NCBI GenBank assembly: GCA_002722245.1
Contig: PBLA01000001.1
Location: forward strand, 22,292 to 86,291
Source of the DNA: Flavobacteriales bacterium
GTDB taxonomy: Bacteria; Bacteroidota; Bacteroidia; Flavobacteriales_C; GCA-002722245
Length of the DNA stretch: 64,000 bases
Reading direction: 5' to 3'
The notes beneath the pieces were generated by a model. That model saw nothing but the letters and a program-made list of their open reading frames with translations, was not told the origin of the DNA and did not search any database. Made by a program: the position numbers and the translations under genes. Each line of letters starts with the position of its first letter. The stretch's first letter is position 1. This document shows positions 50,490-60,162 of the stretch, piece by piece.

Positions 50490-50924
50490 TTATTGGTAAC
50501 CAGGTGTATTGCTTAAAGCGATTTTACTTTTTGCAAAGGTGCCGGTTCCAAAGGCAATTTCCTCTCCTTCTTCGTTATATAATGAAGATTCTCCTATCAT
50601 CAGATTAGTAGAGGTAAATCGTGTTTGTCCCATCGCTGTTATTAATCCATGGCGTGCGGGTTTGGTAATGTTTATGGTGAAAGACGTCGTTAATACGAAT
50701 ACGTCATATACAATCGAATTAACGGCAAAGAAAGCAGAATCATCTAAGAGTTTAAAATATACCAGTCCGTGCATAGCATTAAGAGCATGATAATATTTTG
50801 GTGCAAGTTGTAAAGTGATTTCAGACTGCCCCTTTGAAATATAGCAGGTTGTTGTGTCAAATATCATAGTATTGATATTGGCTTGTAAATACATGTTTTG
50901 AAGTTTTCTGTAATGATCCTTCAT
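50490..50924 (-). CDS. Hotdog-fold thioesterase (PaaI/YbgC-like)
   Basis: 144 aa, HGLVYFKLLDDSAFFA central-helix pattern. Confidence 0.65.
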   Translation of the reverse strand: MKDHYRKLQNMYLQANINTMIFDTTTCYISKGQSEITLQLAPKYYHALNAMHGLVYFKLLDDSAFFAVNSIVYDVFVLTTSFTINITKPARHGLITAMGQTRFTSTNLMIGESSLYNEEGEEIAFGTGTFAKSKIALSNTPGYQ

Positions 50925-50984
50925 GTTCTGTTTTCAATTAACCTATCACTAGTACTATAATAATACTGCTTTTTTTGAATTGGG

Positions 50985-51398
50985 TTATTGAATTTCTATC
51001 CCTTCGTTGATTCGATGTTTTACAATAAAAGAATTTCCGCAGGCAAGTTTATGGGCCAATTTAGTGCCAGGTTGTACAACTCGCCAAAAAGGGGTGATGA
51101 ATCCGATATCTTTTCCATTTAGAAACTCCTCATAGGCAGCTTCAGCAACTATTCTTAAAAAAATACCTGTGGTTACAGGGCATGTTTTATGGGCATTGTA
51201 GGTAAGTGCTAAATCTTTTCTCATTGTTTTTAAATCACTTTGCCTACTAAAAGAAATGTTTTTAATGTAATCATCGATTATTGGCGGAGAAACAATTAGC
51301 ATTTTTGAACCTTCAGGTATATCCGCAAATGTTTTATTAATGATTTTTATTTGAAAGGATTTCTCACAATCTCGTTTTTCAATCCATGACTTAGGCAT
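50985..51398 (-). CDS. MGMT-family DNA-binding (alkyltransferase-like, non-catalytic) protein, tentative
   Basis: C-terminal RIVAEAA...ITPFWRVVQPGTKL resembles the PCHRVV/PWHRVV helix-turn-wing region but has no Cys. Confidence 0.4.
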   Translation of the reverse strand: MPKSWIEKRDCEKSFQIKIINKTFADIPEGSKMLIVSPPIIDDYIKNISFSRQSDLKTMRKDLALTYNAHKTCPVTTGIFLRIVAEAAYEEFLNGKDIGFITPFWRVVQPGTKLAHKLACGNSFIVKHRINEGIEIQ

Positions 51399-51451
51399 AA
51401 TTAATTTTTTAAAAGTTCCTTGGATAATTTTTTAGACGAAAAATCAATTGA

Positions 51452-51964
51452 TTAGTTCAAATTATAGAAGAAATCTTCATCAGATTGCGCTTGTTCTTTT
51501 ATTCCTGCAAGCGCTCGGATCATAATTCCTTTGATTTGTGTGTTTACGAGAAGCCATGTTAGAGGGTTAAAAAGTTTGTTTTTGGAATAGTAAGTGTATG
51601 TGTAAGTAACTTTTATTTTTCTATTCTCTAATTCCTCAACAGACCACTCGCCAATAGCTTTTTTAATAAAAAACAAACTATTAAACTCAAAATCATAGAG
51701 TGTCCATCTCCAATATTTATTTTCAACTCGTTCAAGAATGACATCCTTAAACATTCTTCCTTTTTTAACTAGAAGGTTTCCGTTATTCATTGGGTACCTT
51801 ATTCCGTTTATTTTACCCCAAGTCTCGTCTTCTTCAAAACCTGTAACAGGAGGTTGGAATAAATAGCCCTTCATAAAACGAGTTGCATCTCCCAAGATAG
51901 GTGCTTTAAATGCTCGCTCTCTACTGCATTCAAAAATGTCTTTTAGTTGATAACTGTACTGCAT
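51452..51964 (-). CDS. Hypothetical protein, possibly SRPBCC (Bet v1-like) fold
   Basis: 170 aa; weak pattern only. Confidence 0.4.
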   Translation of the reverse strand: MQYSYQLKDIFECSRERAFKAPILGDATRFMKGYLFQPPVTGFEEDETWGKINGIRYPMNNGNLLVKKGRMFKDVILERVENKYWRWTLYDFEFNSLFFIKKAIGEWSVEELENRKIKVTYTYTYYSKNKLFNPLTWLLVNTQIKGIMIRALAGIKEQAQSDEDFFYNLN

Positions 51965-52005
51965 GAATAACTAATAATAAAATGGGATCGGAATAAATTA
52001 AAAAA

Positions 52006-52755
52006 TTATTTGTTTTTACCGTTCTTTTCTAAAATTCTTACATAAATTAATTTATGTCGACTCTTTTGATTTTCTCTTTGTTCAATTTCGAATCTTCCAA
52101 TTGATTTGATGAGTGGAGTAAGCTTTTCAAAACCATAATTTCGTGAATCAAAGTTTGGACGTTTTTTTTGCAATAAACTTCCTACGTCTCCTAAAAAAGC
52201 CCATCCTTCATCATCGGATAAATCTCGTATTGTTGCAGAAATTAGCTGGATTTCCTTTTTGGTTATTTTATCAATTGTAGGTTCGCTATTATCCTTATTT
52301 TCGGCTTTTTCCTCCGAGCGCTTTTTTAAAATCTCAATGTAAATGAATTTATCGCAAGCTACAATGAATGGGTTTGGAGTTTTTTTCTCGCCTATACCAA
52401 TGACTTGCATCCCTGCTTCTTTAAGACGGGTAGCTAAACGTGTAAAGTCACTATCACTGGAAACTAAACAAAATCCGTTTACTTTTTCGCTGTAAAGAAT
52501 ATCCATGGCGTCTATAATCATTGCAGAGTCTGTGGCGTTTTTTCCAGTGGTGTATCCATATTGCTGAATAGGAGTAATCGCATTTTCCAACAGTAGATTT
52601 TTCCATTTATTTAAACCAGGCCTTGTCCAGTCTCCATATATTCTTTTAATAGAAGGGTTTCCATATTTTGTAATCTCCTCCATCATCTCCTTTACGTGGG
52701 CAGAAGGGATATTATCACCGTCTATTAATACAGCTATGTTTGAGTTGTTATTCAT
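52006..52755 (-). CDS. NYN (PIN-like) nuclease domain protein with C-terminal OST-HTH/LOTUS domain
   Basis: IAVLIDGDNI...GKNATDSAMIIDAMD...LVSSDSDF NYN motifs; C-terminal LSDDEGWAFLGDVGSLL LOTUS-like. Confidence 0.7.
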   Translation of the reverse strand: MNNNSNIAVLIDGDNIPSAHVKEMMEEITKYGNPSIKRIYGDWTRPGLNKWKNLLLENAITPIQQYGYTTGKNATDSAMIIDAMDILYSEKVNGFCLVSSDSDFTRLATRLKEAGMQVIGIGEKKTPNPFIVACDKFIYIEILKKRSEEKAENKDNSEPTIDKITKKEIQLISATIRDLSDDEGWAFLGDVGSLLQKKRPNFDSRNYGFEKLTPLIKSIGRFEIEQRENQKSRHKLIYVRILEKNGKNK

Positions 52756-52879
52756 TTGGTTCGCTTAAAAGCATTTTTGTCACACGCTCATTCATTATCT
52801 TATAAAGCGTAACGAAAATGGCGCTAACAATGATTCAAAAAGTATAAAATGGAAGAAGGAAATATGATAACAAATGAAT

Positions 52880-53563
52880 TTATTTTGAAAACTCATCAAC
52901 TTCCTGCTCCTCGATGATGTTTGCTATTTTGTGGCGTTTACCGAAAAGGTAGGTTTTGTTTTCATTGTTTTTAAGTAGTCTCTGAATGTTTTTTTGATGA
53001 GTGACAACAATTAAAACAGCCACAACGGAAGAAAAAATTACTAACGATAAAACTTGTGTTTTAAAGACTAATGATATAAATAATGGAAAGGCAATGCCCG
53101 CAAAAATCGAACCGAGTGATACATATTTAGTTGTGATTAGTATTAAAAGGAATAGGGCTAAGCTACACATTGCAGCAGGTGGATGAACAGCAAGAACAAT
53201 TCCTAAAAGAGTAGCGATCCCTTTCCCTCCTCTAAAACCTGCAAAAATTGGAAAGATATGACCTACAACTGCACAAAAACCGAAGGCTAACTTTAAATTT
53301 GTAAAGGGTGTAATATCATTTTGTCCATAACGCGATTGAAGCCAAACTAAATTGATTGCCAAGGCACCTTTCAAAATATCCAGTAATAATACAGGAATAC
53401 CCGCTTTTTTACCAAGAACTCTAAATGTATTGGTTGCTCCCGCATTCCCTGAACCATGCTCTCTAACGTCAATGCCATGAAAAGTTTTACCCACCCATAC
53501 TGCCGAAGGAATCGAACCAAGGATGTAAGCAAGCACTAACAATAAAACAATTGTAAACGTCAT
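52880..53563 (-). CDS. plsY: Glycerol-3-phosphate acyltransferase
   Basis: LGSIPSAVWVGK...GSGNAGATN motifs. Confidence 0.9.
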   Translation of the reverse strand: MTFTIVLLLVLAYILGSIPSAVWVGKTFHGIDVREHGSGNAGATNTFRVLGKKAGIPVLLLDILKGALAINLVWLQSRYGQNDITPFTNLKLAFGFCAVVGHIFPIFAGFRGGKGIATLLGIVLAVHPPAAMCSLALFLLILITTKYVSLGSIFAGIAFPLFISLVFKTQVLSLVIFSSVVAVLIVVTHQKNIQRLLKNNENKTYLFGKRHKIANIIEEQEVDEFSK

Positions 53564-53681
53564 AACATGAATTACAAGCGTTTAAAGGTATAAAAATACA
53601 CACGTGTTTTCAATTTAAACACCAGATTTAATTAACATACAACCGTTAGATTTTAAAATCAATACGCTGTTTAAAAAAAGA

Positions 53682-54098
53682 TTATTTACAAAAGTCCAGT
53701 ATAATTAGGGCTATAATAAGATATCTTATGAATTTACCTGTAAGCATTGTGAAGAGGGTAAGGTATTTATTCGCTCTAAAAACACCTAGACCAATTGCGA
53801 TCACATCCCCAATAATTGGGGCCCAACATAAAAAACCTAACCAGCCACCTTTTTTCTCAATAATTTTCTGAAAACGTTCAATTTTATCACGCTTTACACG
53901 TAGGTATTTTTCAATCCAGTTCCACTTTGTTAGCCATCCTATCCAGTACGAAAACATGCCGCCGAGCGTATTTCCAATTGTTGCGATCACCAAAGCTGCA
54001 AACACATTGTGCTCATGAATAACAGCGGCGAAATGAATTTCTGAACTAAAAGGAATAAATGTAGCCGCGAGGAAAGATGATATAAATAATAAGAGCAT
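53682..54098 (-). CDS. YqaA/DedA-like (VTT domain) small membrane protein
   Basis: 138 aa, 4 TM, YqaA-type pattern. Confidence 0.65.
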   Translation of the reverse strand: MLLLFISSFLAATFIPFSSEIHFAAVIHEHNVFAALVIATIGNTLGGMFSYWIGWLTKWNWIEKYLRVKRDKIERFQKIIEKKGGWLGFLCWAPIIGDVIAIGLGVFRANKYLTLFTMLTGKFIRYLIIALIILDFCK

Positions 54099-54155
54099 AA
54101 AAGTTTAACCCTTTATATTCAATGGATTTAATTCATGTAGATTAGGAGAATATGG

Positions 54156-54872
54156 TTAAATAGACATTAATTCCTTGAACCTTGAGGTTTGTCTTCTTGA
54201 AATTTCCAGTTTCTCTCCACTTTTTAAGGTAACCCTTAAACCGCCATTAAACCAAGCCTCAACTTTGTCAATCCACGTTAGGTTAATAATGTATTTTCTG
54301 GATATTCTAAAGAATTCTTTGTCATTTAAACGTTTTTCTAGGTTGTTTAATGACTTTAGAATCATAGGTTTACTTTCTTCAAAGTAAAGTCTTACATAAT
54401 TACCCTCAGATTCGAACATACGTACTTTGTCCATCTTAACAAACCAGCATTTTTCACCATCTTTGATGAAAATTTGTGAATCATAAGTAAGTTTATCGTC
54501 TGAGTTACTTGATTTGGATTCCTTTTCATCTTCTTTTACCTTTTCAATTGCTTTTTCAAGTCGATTAAGTTCAACCGGTTTAAGCACGTAATCGAGCGCA
54601 TTTACCTCGAACGCTTTTAGCGCGTATTCGTCGTAAGCAGTTACAAAAATGATATTAGGCACGATGTGTAGGTGTTCTAGTACTTCAAAACCGGTCATAC
54701 CAGGCATTTGGATATCAAGAAAAACTAAATCAGGATTTAATTCTTCAATTTTTTCAATTGCTTCCTCGCCATTTGTGGCCTCACCAATGATTTCAATTTC
54801 TGGAAATTTTTCCAAAAGTCTTGTGAGTTCTGTTCTTGCGAGTCGTTCATCATCAACTAATAAAGCTTTCAT
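54156..54872 (-). CDS. LytTR-family two-component response regulator
   Basis: Receiver LLVDDERLAR...LDIQMPGMTGFE, C-terminal LytTR DNA-binding domain. Confidence 0.9.
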   Translation of the reverse strand: MKALLVDDERLARTELTRLLEKFPEIEIIGEATNGEEAIEKIEELNPDLVFLDIQMPGMTGFEVLEHLHIVPNIIFVTAYDEYALKAFEVNALDYVLKPVELNRLEKAIEKVKEDEKESKSSNSDDKLTYDSQIFIKDGEKCWFVKMDKVRMFESEGNYVRLYFEESKPMILKSLNNLEKRLNDKEFFRISRKYIINLTWIDKVEAWFNGGLRVTLKSGEKLEISRRQTSRFKELMSI

Positions 54873-55933
54873 ATTATATTTTTAGGGATTTTCAGTGTAG
54901 TAATAACCTCTTGGCTATTTAAATTTTGGATTTGAAATGATGCACGATCTTCAAAAATAAAGTTTAATCGTTGCTTACTGTTTTCAATACCAAATCCATT
55001 GGCGTCTTCGTTATGTTTAATTTTCGGATTGTACTGACCCGAATTAATAATTTCCATAATTAAAAACTCATTAGTAGAAGTAGAATTAATAATTAATCTA
55101 CCGCCATCAATTAATCGACTTATACCATGTTTAATCGCATTTTCGGCCAGAGTCTGGATTAACATTGGCGGAATATGATAGTTTAAACAAGAAGGTGAGG
55201 TATTGATTTCATAATACAAGCGCTCTTCCAAACGAATTTTTTCAAGATTTAAATAATCTTTTACCAATTTCAATTCTTCTTCAATTGTAATTAAACTTCT
55301 TTTTTCAAGCGTTAACGTATGACGAAGAATATTACTTAATTGAGTAATACCCTCTTTTGCTTTTTCAGTATCCTCATCAATCAAAGCTCTTAAACCATTC
55401 ATACTGTTAAATATGAAATGTGGATTCAATTGTGATTTAAATTTATTTAATTGAATTTCTTTTAATTTACTCTGTTGTGTTAAATTTTTAATTTCCTCTT
55501 TTTTAAAATTCCTAAAAAAGTAAACCGCAAAATAGAGTATTCCCCAAATAAAATAAACAGTACTGAACGTAGCGGACTGGGCTAAAAATTCGGCCAAAGT
55601 AATATCCTTAACCGATCCATTGTACCAACTTAATCGAATGAGGTATAATAAAAGAATATTTAGTGTTCCAACAATTAAACTTAGAATGGCCAGTTTATGA
55701 AATATTCTTGTAATTCCTTCATTACGCCATTGATATAAATTAAAGATGTATCGAACGAAATGAGAACAGCCAATACCTAACAAAACAAGGAAAATGGAAT
55801 AATAAATATCATTTTTACTAATTGTTCCCTTTGAAAGATAGTTGAATAAAAGATTAGCAAGTGTAAAGGCGGTCCAGCCTAATACTTGCAAGCTCAAATA
55901 CATTTGTTTTTTCTTAGAGATCATTAAGTACAA
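54869..55933 (-). CDS. Sensor histidine kinase (LytS/His_kinase-type) with N-terminal 5-TM domain
   Basis: QLNPHFIFNSMNGLRALI H-box, HATPase_c region. Confidence 0.85.
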   Translation of the reverse strand: MYLMISKKKQMYLSLQVLGWTAFTLANLLFNYLSKGTISKNDIYYSIFLVLLGIGCSHFVRYIFNLYQWRNEGITRIFHKLAILSLIVGTLNILLLYLIRLSWYNGSVKDITLAEFLAQSATFSTVYFIWGILYFAVYFFRNFKKEEIKNLTQQSKLKEIQLNKFKSQLNPHFIFNSMNGLRALIDEDTEKAKEGITQLSNILRHTLTLEKRSLITIEEELKLVKDYLNLEKIRLEERLYYEINTSPSCLNYHIPPMLIQTLAENAIKHGISRLIDGGRLIINSTSTNEFLIMEIINSGQYNPKIKHNEDANGFGIENSKQRLNFIFEDRASFQIQNLNSQEVITTLKIPKNII

Positions 55934-56015
55934 ATTAAGCCAATAGTTTTTACCAATGCAAAGCGCATTACATAAACGCGCATTGATTTTTATATTTGGT
56001 CTTATTGTAGTAGAA

Positions 56016-56570
56016 ATGAATTTTTTGGCTCATTCCATATTATCTCCCGATTTACCCCTTGTTATGCTGGGTAATCTATCGGGTGACTTTGTAAAAGGAA
56101 GCAAATTTAATGGCATACATGATGATATTGCAAAAGGAGTAAAGATCCATCGCGCCATAGATCATTATACTGATCATCATGTAAATGTGAAAGAAGCTAA
56201 AAAACTCGTGAAAATGGATTTTGGATTATTTTCAGGAGTGGTTATTGATATGTTTTTTGATCATTTTGTTGCTGTTCAGCACACTAATTTAAACGCGCAT
56301 GTAACGTATGTATATCATGAAGCCAATATTCATTTTGAACTCCTTCCTCCAAAATTTAAACATGTTTTCCCATACATGGAAAAATATAATTGGCTGGAGG
56401 CCTATGCAGAATTGGCAAATCTTCGAAAAATCATGTGGCAAATGCGACAAAGAATAGGGGATAAGTCACCACTCGACAAAGCAGTTGATATTCTGATTTC
56501 CAATACAGTAGACTTTCAAGAGTTATTCCAAGAATTTTGGGTGGATATAAATAAGGAATTTAGTTTCTAA
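56016..56570 (+). CDS. acpH: Acyl carrier protein phosphodiesterase
   Basis: MNFLAHSILS...GNLSGDFVKG...IHRAIDHYTDHH matches AcpH N-terminus; start moved from ORF-track 55956. Confidence 0.8.
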   Translation: MNFLAHSILSPDLPLVMLGNLSGDFVKGSKFNGIHDDIAKGVKIHRAIDHYTDHHVNVKEAKKLVKMDFGLFSGVVIDMFFDHFVAVQHTNLNAHVTYVYHEANIHFELLPPKFKHVFPYMEKYNWLEAYAELANLRKIMWQMRQRIGDKSPLDKAVDILISNTVDFQELFQEFWVDINKEFSF

Positions 56571-56619
56571 ATACTGGACTCATTACCTATATTTGTTCGC
56601 AAGAACTAAATTTGAACTT

Positions 56620-57432
56620 ATGTCAAACGGAATACTAAAAGGTAAAAAAGGGATTATTTTTGGAGCTTTAGATGAGAATTCGATAGCTTGGAAAGTAGCC
56701 GTGCAAGCTGCTGCCGAAGGAGCAGAGTTTGTTTTAACAAATGCTCCAATCGCATTGAGAATGGGAGCGATCAATACATTAGCTGAGCAAACGAATTCAA
56801 AGGTTATTCCTGCTGATGCAACATCGGATGAAGATTTAGAAAAATTATTTACGGAGGCTCAAGAGTTTTTAGGAGGTAAAGTTGATTTTGTACTTCATTC
56901 AATCGGAATGTCGCCGAATGTTCGTAAAAAGAAACATTATACAGAACTTAATTATGATTTTTATCATAAAACCTTGGATATATCAGCAATGTCCTTTCAC
57001 AGAGTGTTAGCAGCTGCTAAAAAACTTGACGCAATTAATGAATGGGGGTCTGTAGTTGGTTTATCCTATATCGCAGCACAAAGAACGTTCCCTGATTATT
57101 CGGATATGGCTGAGGCTAAATCGTTATTAGAATCAATAGCCAGAAGTTTTGGATACCACTATGGTACAGAAAAAAATATACGAGTAAATACAATTTCCCA
57201 ATCTCCAACAATGACAACGGCAGGGAAAGGAATTAAAGGATTTAATGGTTTTTATAATTACGCAGATCAAATGTCTCCATTAGGGAACGCTCCAGCTGAG
57301 GACTGTGCAAATTATATTATCTCTTTATTTTCGGATTACACAAAATATGTGACGATGCAGAACTTATTTCATGACGGTGGTTTCTCTAATACTGGAGTTT
57401 CACAAGTAGTAATGGATAAGTTTGAAGAATAA
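56620..57432 (+). CDS. fabI: Enoyl-ACP reductase (NADH)
   Basis: LKGKKGIIFG dinucleotide-binding motif, SDR fold; start moved to MSNGILKGKKG. Confidence 0.9.
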   Translation: MSNGILKGKKGIIFGALDENSIAWKVAVQAAAEGAEFVLTNAPIALRMGAINTLAEQTNSKVIPADATSDEDLEKLFTEAQEFLGGKVDFVLHSIGMSPNVRKKKHYTELNYDFYHKTLDISAMSFHRVLAAAKKLDAINEWGSVVGLSYIAAQRTFPDYSDMAEAKSLLESIARSFGYHYGTEKNIRVNTISQSPTMTTAGKGIKGFNGFYNYADQMSPLGNAPAEDCANYIISLFSDYTKYVTMQNLFHDGGFSNTGVSQVVMDKFEE

Positions 57433-57459
57433 AATAAAATAGAAAGGAATAAAAGAATA

Positions 57460-57490
57460 AAGCCCAGTTTATTAACTGGGTTTTATTTTT
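57460..57490. terminator. Bidirectional terminator hairpin between fabI (+) and sulfotransferase (-)
   Basis: AAGCCCAGTT-tatt-AACTGGGTTT followed by T-tract. Confidence 0.5.
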
Positions 57491-58157
57491 TCCAAAGGCC
57501 AAGTAAATCGATATACTTAATTTGAAGGTTGTATCTAATTTGTTTTCTATAATATTTCAACCTTCCCATTTCTTTATCAATGTTTTTTCCCTTATCTGCT
57601 GAATTGTTCGCATGCGGAAAAGGGGTTTGGGGTATATCCTTTCCAAGAAAATTACACAACTCTTTCCATTGATCTCCTTTTATAAAGTCAAGTTCTAGAA
57701 AATCATCTGGACGATTTTTAAAGTAATTTCTTACATCCTCTATATGATCATTGTATACGCGCAACGTATTCTCTTTATCATCTTTTGGAAGCCCTTTTCC
57801 ACGTCCGTACAACCACTCGTGCTTCGGAGATCTTAACTTCCCAATATGTCTTGAAACGCTTTTGAACCAGGATTCAGGTTCGCGATACGTTAAAATAAAT
57901 TTTGAATTCGGATATAAACTGTCTAATTCCTTGTAGATATAATACCAAGGTGTGTCCTCAACCGCATCATAACCTTCTAAAAGACTTTGAATTTTAGTCC
58001 AGTTTTCTCTTAATATTGGCAATGTGGCTCTTCCTGTTGTGTCCTTTACACGATAGCCAAGTATTTTTAGTGCATCACGTAACGTAGACGTTCCTGTTTT
58101 TTGGAAGCCAACACCAATAATTAATCCTTGATTTGTTTTATTCATAGCCTCAAGCAA
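57483..58157 (-). CDS. Sulfotransferase-family protein
   Basis: PAPS-binding 5'-PSB-like GFQKTGTS loop, 224 aa. Confidence 0.65.
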   Translation of the reverse strand: MLEAMNKTNQGLIIGVGFQKTGTSTLRDALKILGYRVKDTTGRATLPILRENWTKIQSLLEGYDAVEDTPWYYIYKELDSLYPNSKFILTYREPESWFKSVSRHIGKLRSPKHEWLYGRGKGLPKDDKENTLRVYNDHIEDVRNYFKNRPDDFLELDFIKGDQWKELCNFLGKDIPQTPFPHANNSADKGKNIDKEMGRLKYYRKQIRYNLQIKYIDLLGLWKK

Positions 58158-58197
58158 AAATAAGATTTAAAATGAACGTTAAAAAGAATCTGTTTTA

Positions 58198-58227
58198 ACA
58201 AAAAGAAAGTCCCGTAAAAACGGGACT
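58198..58227 (-). terminator. Rho-independent terminator downstream of mepA-like gene (minus strand)
   Basis: AGTCCCG-taaaaa-CGGGACT with U-tract on the minus strand. Confidence 0.5.
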
Positions 58228-58303
58228 AAACTACCTAATACTAACTTTCAAAAAAATTACCTGATTTCCATTACGGAGTCATTAGCTAAAAGTTTCTTAA
58301 TGT

Positions 58304-59068
58304 TCATAACTCTTGAAAGTCTATGTGATAGTGATCGTCATGAAGATCATTAATTGTTGGAGTCAGCGACTTTACAATATAGATACCACTGTTTTTTAAT
58401 AACTGTCCGAAATACCCCTCAAACAGTTCATCTTTGAATTCAACCTTGATAATTACTTTTGAAATCCGAAGACCTTGCTTTTTTCCTTCAGCCTTCAAAA
58501 TTAAAATATGATGTGCTATTTTTTCAAAATCAATCGAAATGCTAGAATCTTTACTATAAATACCTTCATTATTAAACGATAACCAATAATGGCCAACACC
58601 AATTGAATCCAGGCCATAATAAGGTTTGCCATCTTTTAATTTGGGTATCATAAAGTCAACGCTAAGGCCATTTTGATGAGTTCTGTGTGGCCACATTTTA
58701 CCACCGTGTTTATTTGAGCACTCCATTAATTGAAACCTTCTTTTCGGGTAGTTTTTTTCAAGTTCTTTATACCCATTAATAACAGTGTTTAATACTTTGT
58801 GGTGCGTAAAGGCTCTACCGCTTAAATAACTCTTCTCGTCGAAATAACTAAAATTTGTTCCCTTGTAAGGCATTAATTTAGCATGCTTTAGTCCTCCATT
58901 AGATACATGTCCAAATGATATACTGGGAGTAGAATCATTCATATTATTGTTTAAATAATCATCCAGTTTAATATTGGGACGTACAATTTTCTCGTTATTA
59001 TCCTCGGTAAAATTCGATTGACCGCAAGCCGATAATGAAACAACAATGAAATAAAATAAAAAGCGCAT
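58304..59068 (-). CDS. mepA: Penicillin-insensitive murein endopeptidase (peptidase M74, MepA-like) lipoprotein
   Basis: Lipobox LSAC; HRTHQNGLSVDF and DDHYHIDF zinc-site motifs. Confidence 0.75.
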   Translation of the reverse strand: MRFLFYFIVVSLSACGQSNFTEDNNEKIVRPNIKLDDYLNNNMNDSTPSISFGHVSNGGLKHAKLMPYKGTNFSYFDEKSYLSGRAFTHHKVLNTVINGYKELEKNYPKRRFQLMECSNKHGGKMWPHRTHQNGLSVDFMIPKLKDGKPYYGLDSIGVGHYWLSFNNEGIYSKDSSISIDFEKIAHHILILKAEGKKQGLRISKVIIKVEFKDELFEGYFGQLLKNSGIYIVKSLTPTINDLHDDHYHIDFQEL

Positions 59069-59147
59069 AAACCTTAAACGAAAATAAAAGCCAATTCTTT
59101 CACACTAAAGGTTAATAAAACTTAATAATAAATGGGAACATGAAAAT

Positions 59148-59600
59148 CTATCGAATTCGATCAACAGATCTTACTAAGTCATCATCCTTTTTCACTGCCT
59201 TATTGGCCATAAAAAATAAAACAGTCGTTATAGGAACAATGAATAAGGCGAAGCCAAAAGATATATTGGTTTCTTCACCTTGGTTCAATTTGTAAAATGT
59301 AACGAGCAAAAAAATTATTTCCGCAAACGTTGCTAAACCACCAATTTTGGAAAATTTTATCTGTCGTTTTCTGTTTTTGAATAAAAAGATTGTTACGAAA
59401 GCAAAAAGAGCAAGTACTAATCCTAAATAAAAGCTTTTAGAATCTCCACCAACAAGCATCTCATTCATATCAAAAACCCCCTTGCCAGTCACTTTATATA
59501 TTGAGTTCGATAGATTGTAGGTAAAATATGTTCCTGTGGCAAAAACCACTTGACCAATAGAAGCGAGTAAAAGATATAGAGATTGAATACGTTGAATCAT
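59148..59600 (-). CDS. Small membrane protein, hypothetical (DUF4293-like)
   Basis: 4 TM, 150 aa. Confidence 0.5.
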   Translation of the reverse strand: MIQRIQSLYLLLASIGQVVFATGTYFTYNLSNSIYKVTGKGVFDMNEMLVGGDSKSFYLGLVLALFAFVTIFLFKNRKRQIKFSKIGGLATFAEIIFLLVTFYKLNQGEETNISFGFALFIVPITTVLFFMANKAVKKDDDLVRSVDRIR

Positions 59601-59610
59601 AATTTATTTT

Positions 59611-60162
59611 TTAAGCTAAAGCCTTTTGAATTAAAGATAAAATTGGCGCTGGATAATTAATTTCCAATGCAAATTTATGGGCTTTTGTTGACATTTTACT
59701 CCAAGTCTTTTGGATAATTTTAATCCATTTATCCTCGGAATAAGATTTTGTTTTAGCAAAGGAAAGTATGTGGTGTTCTAAAAATACAAGGCATGCCACG
59801 TCTTCAATGAGTTGAGTATTCGTATTTTTTCTCAAATCCTTTTTCGAGATCATTCCTTTCACCTCATCTATTAAAGACTCATCATACCCAACTTCACTCA
59901 AAATTTCAGCCGCTTTTTCTGCTTGGTAGGAGTAAAGCTTGATTCGCCATTGATAATACCCTTTTTTATCCATAGGATAATCGGATCTTGGAATATCCCA
60001 CCTTCTGAAATGCTGACATCTCGCAGCAAGTTCTTGAGCTTCTGAGTATGAAGGCTCAAGTTTTCCTAACCATTGAAAACATTGATGAGAATAATTTAAT
60101 GCTTCTTTTTTAGGATCTGTTTGAAGTACTTCTTCAATTTTCTTTACTGCTTCTTCAATCAT
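59611..60162 (-). CDS. Hypothetical cytoplasmic protein (DUF4202-like)
   Basis: 183 aa ORF with operon-like packing. Confidence 0.5.
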   Translation of the reverse strand: MIEEAVKKIEEVLQTDPKKEALNYSHQCFQWLGKLEPSYSEAQELAARCQHFRRWDIPRSDYPMDKKGYYQWRIKLYSYQAEKAAEILSEVGYDESLIDEVKGMISKKDLRKNTNTQLIEDVACLVFLEHHILSFAKTKSYSEDKWIKIIQKTWSKMSTKAHKFALEINYPAPILSLIQKALA

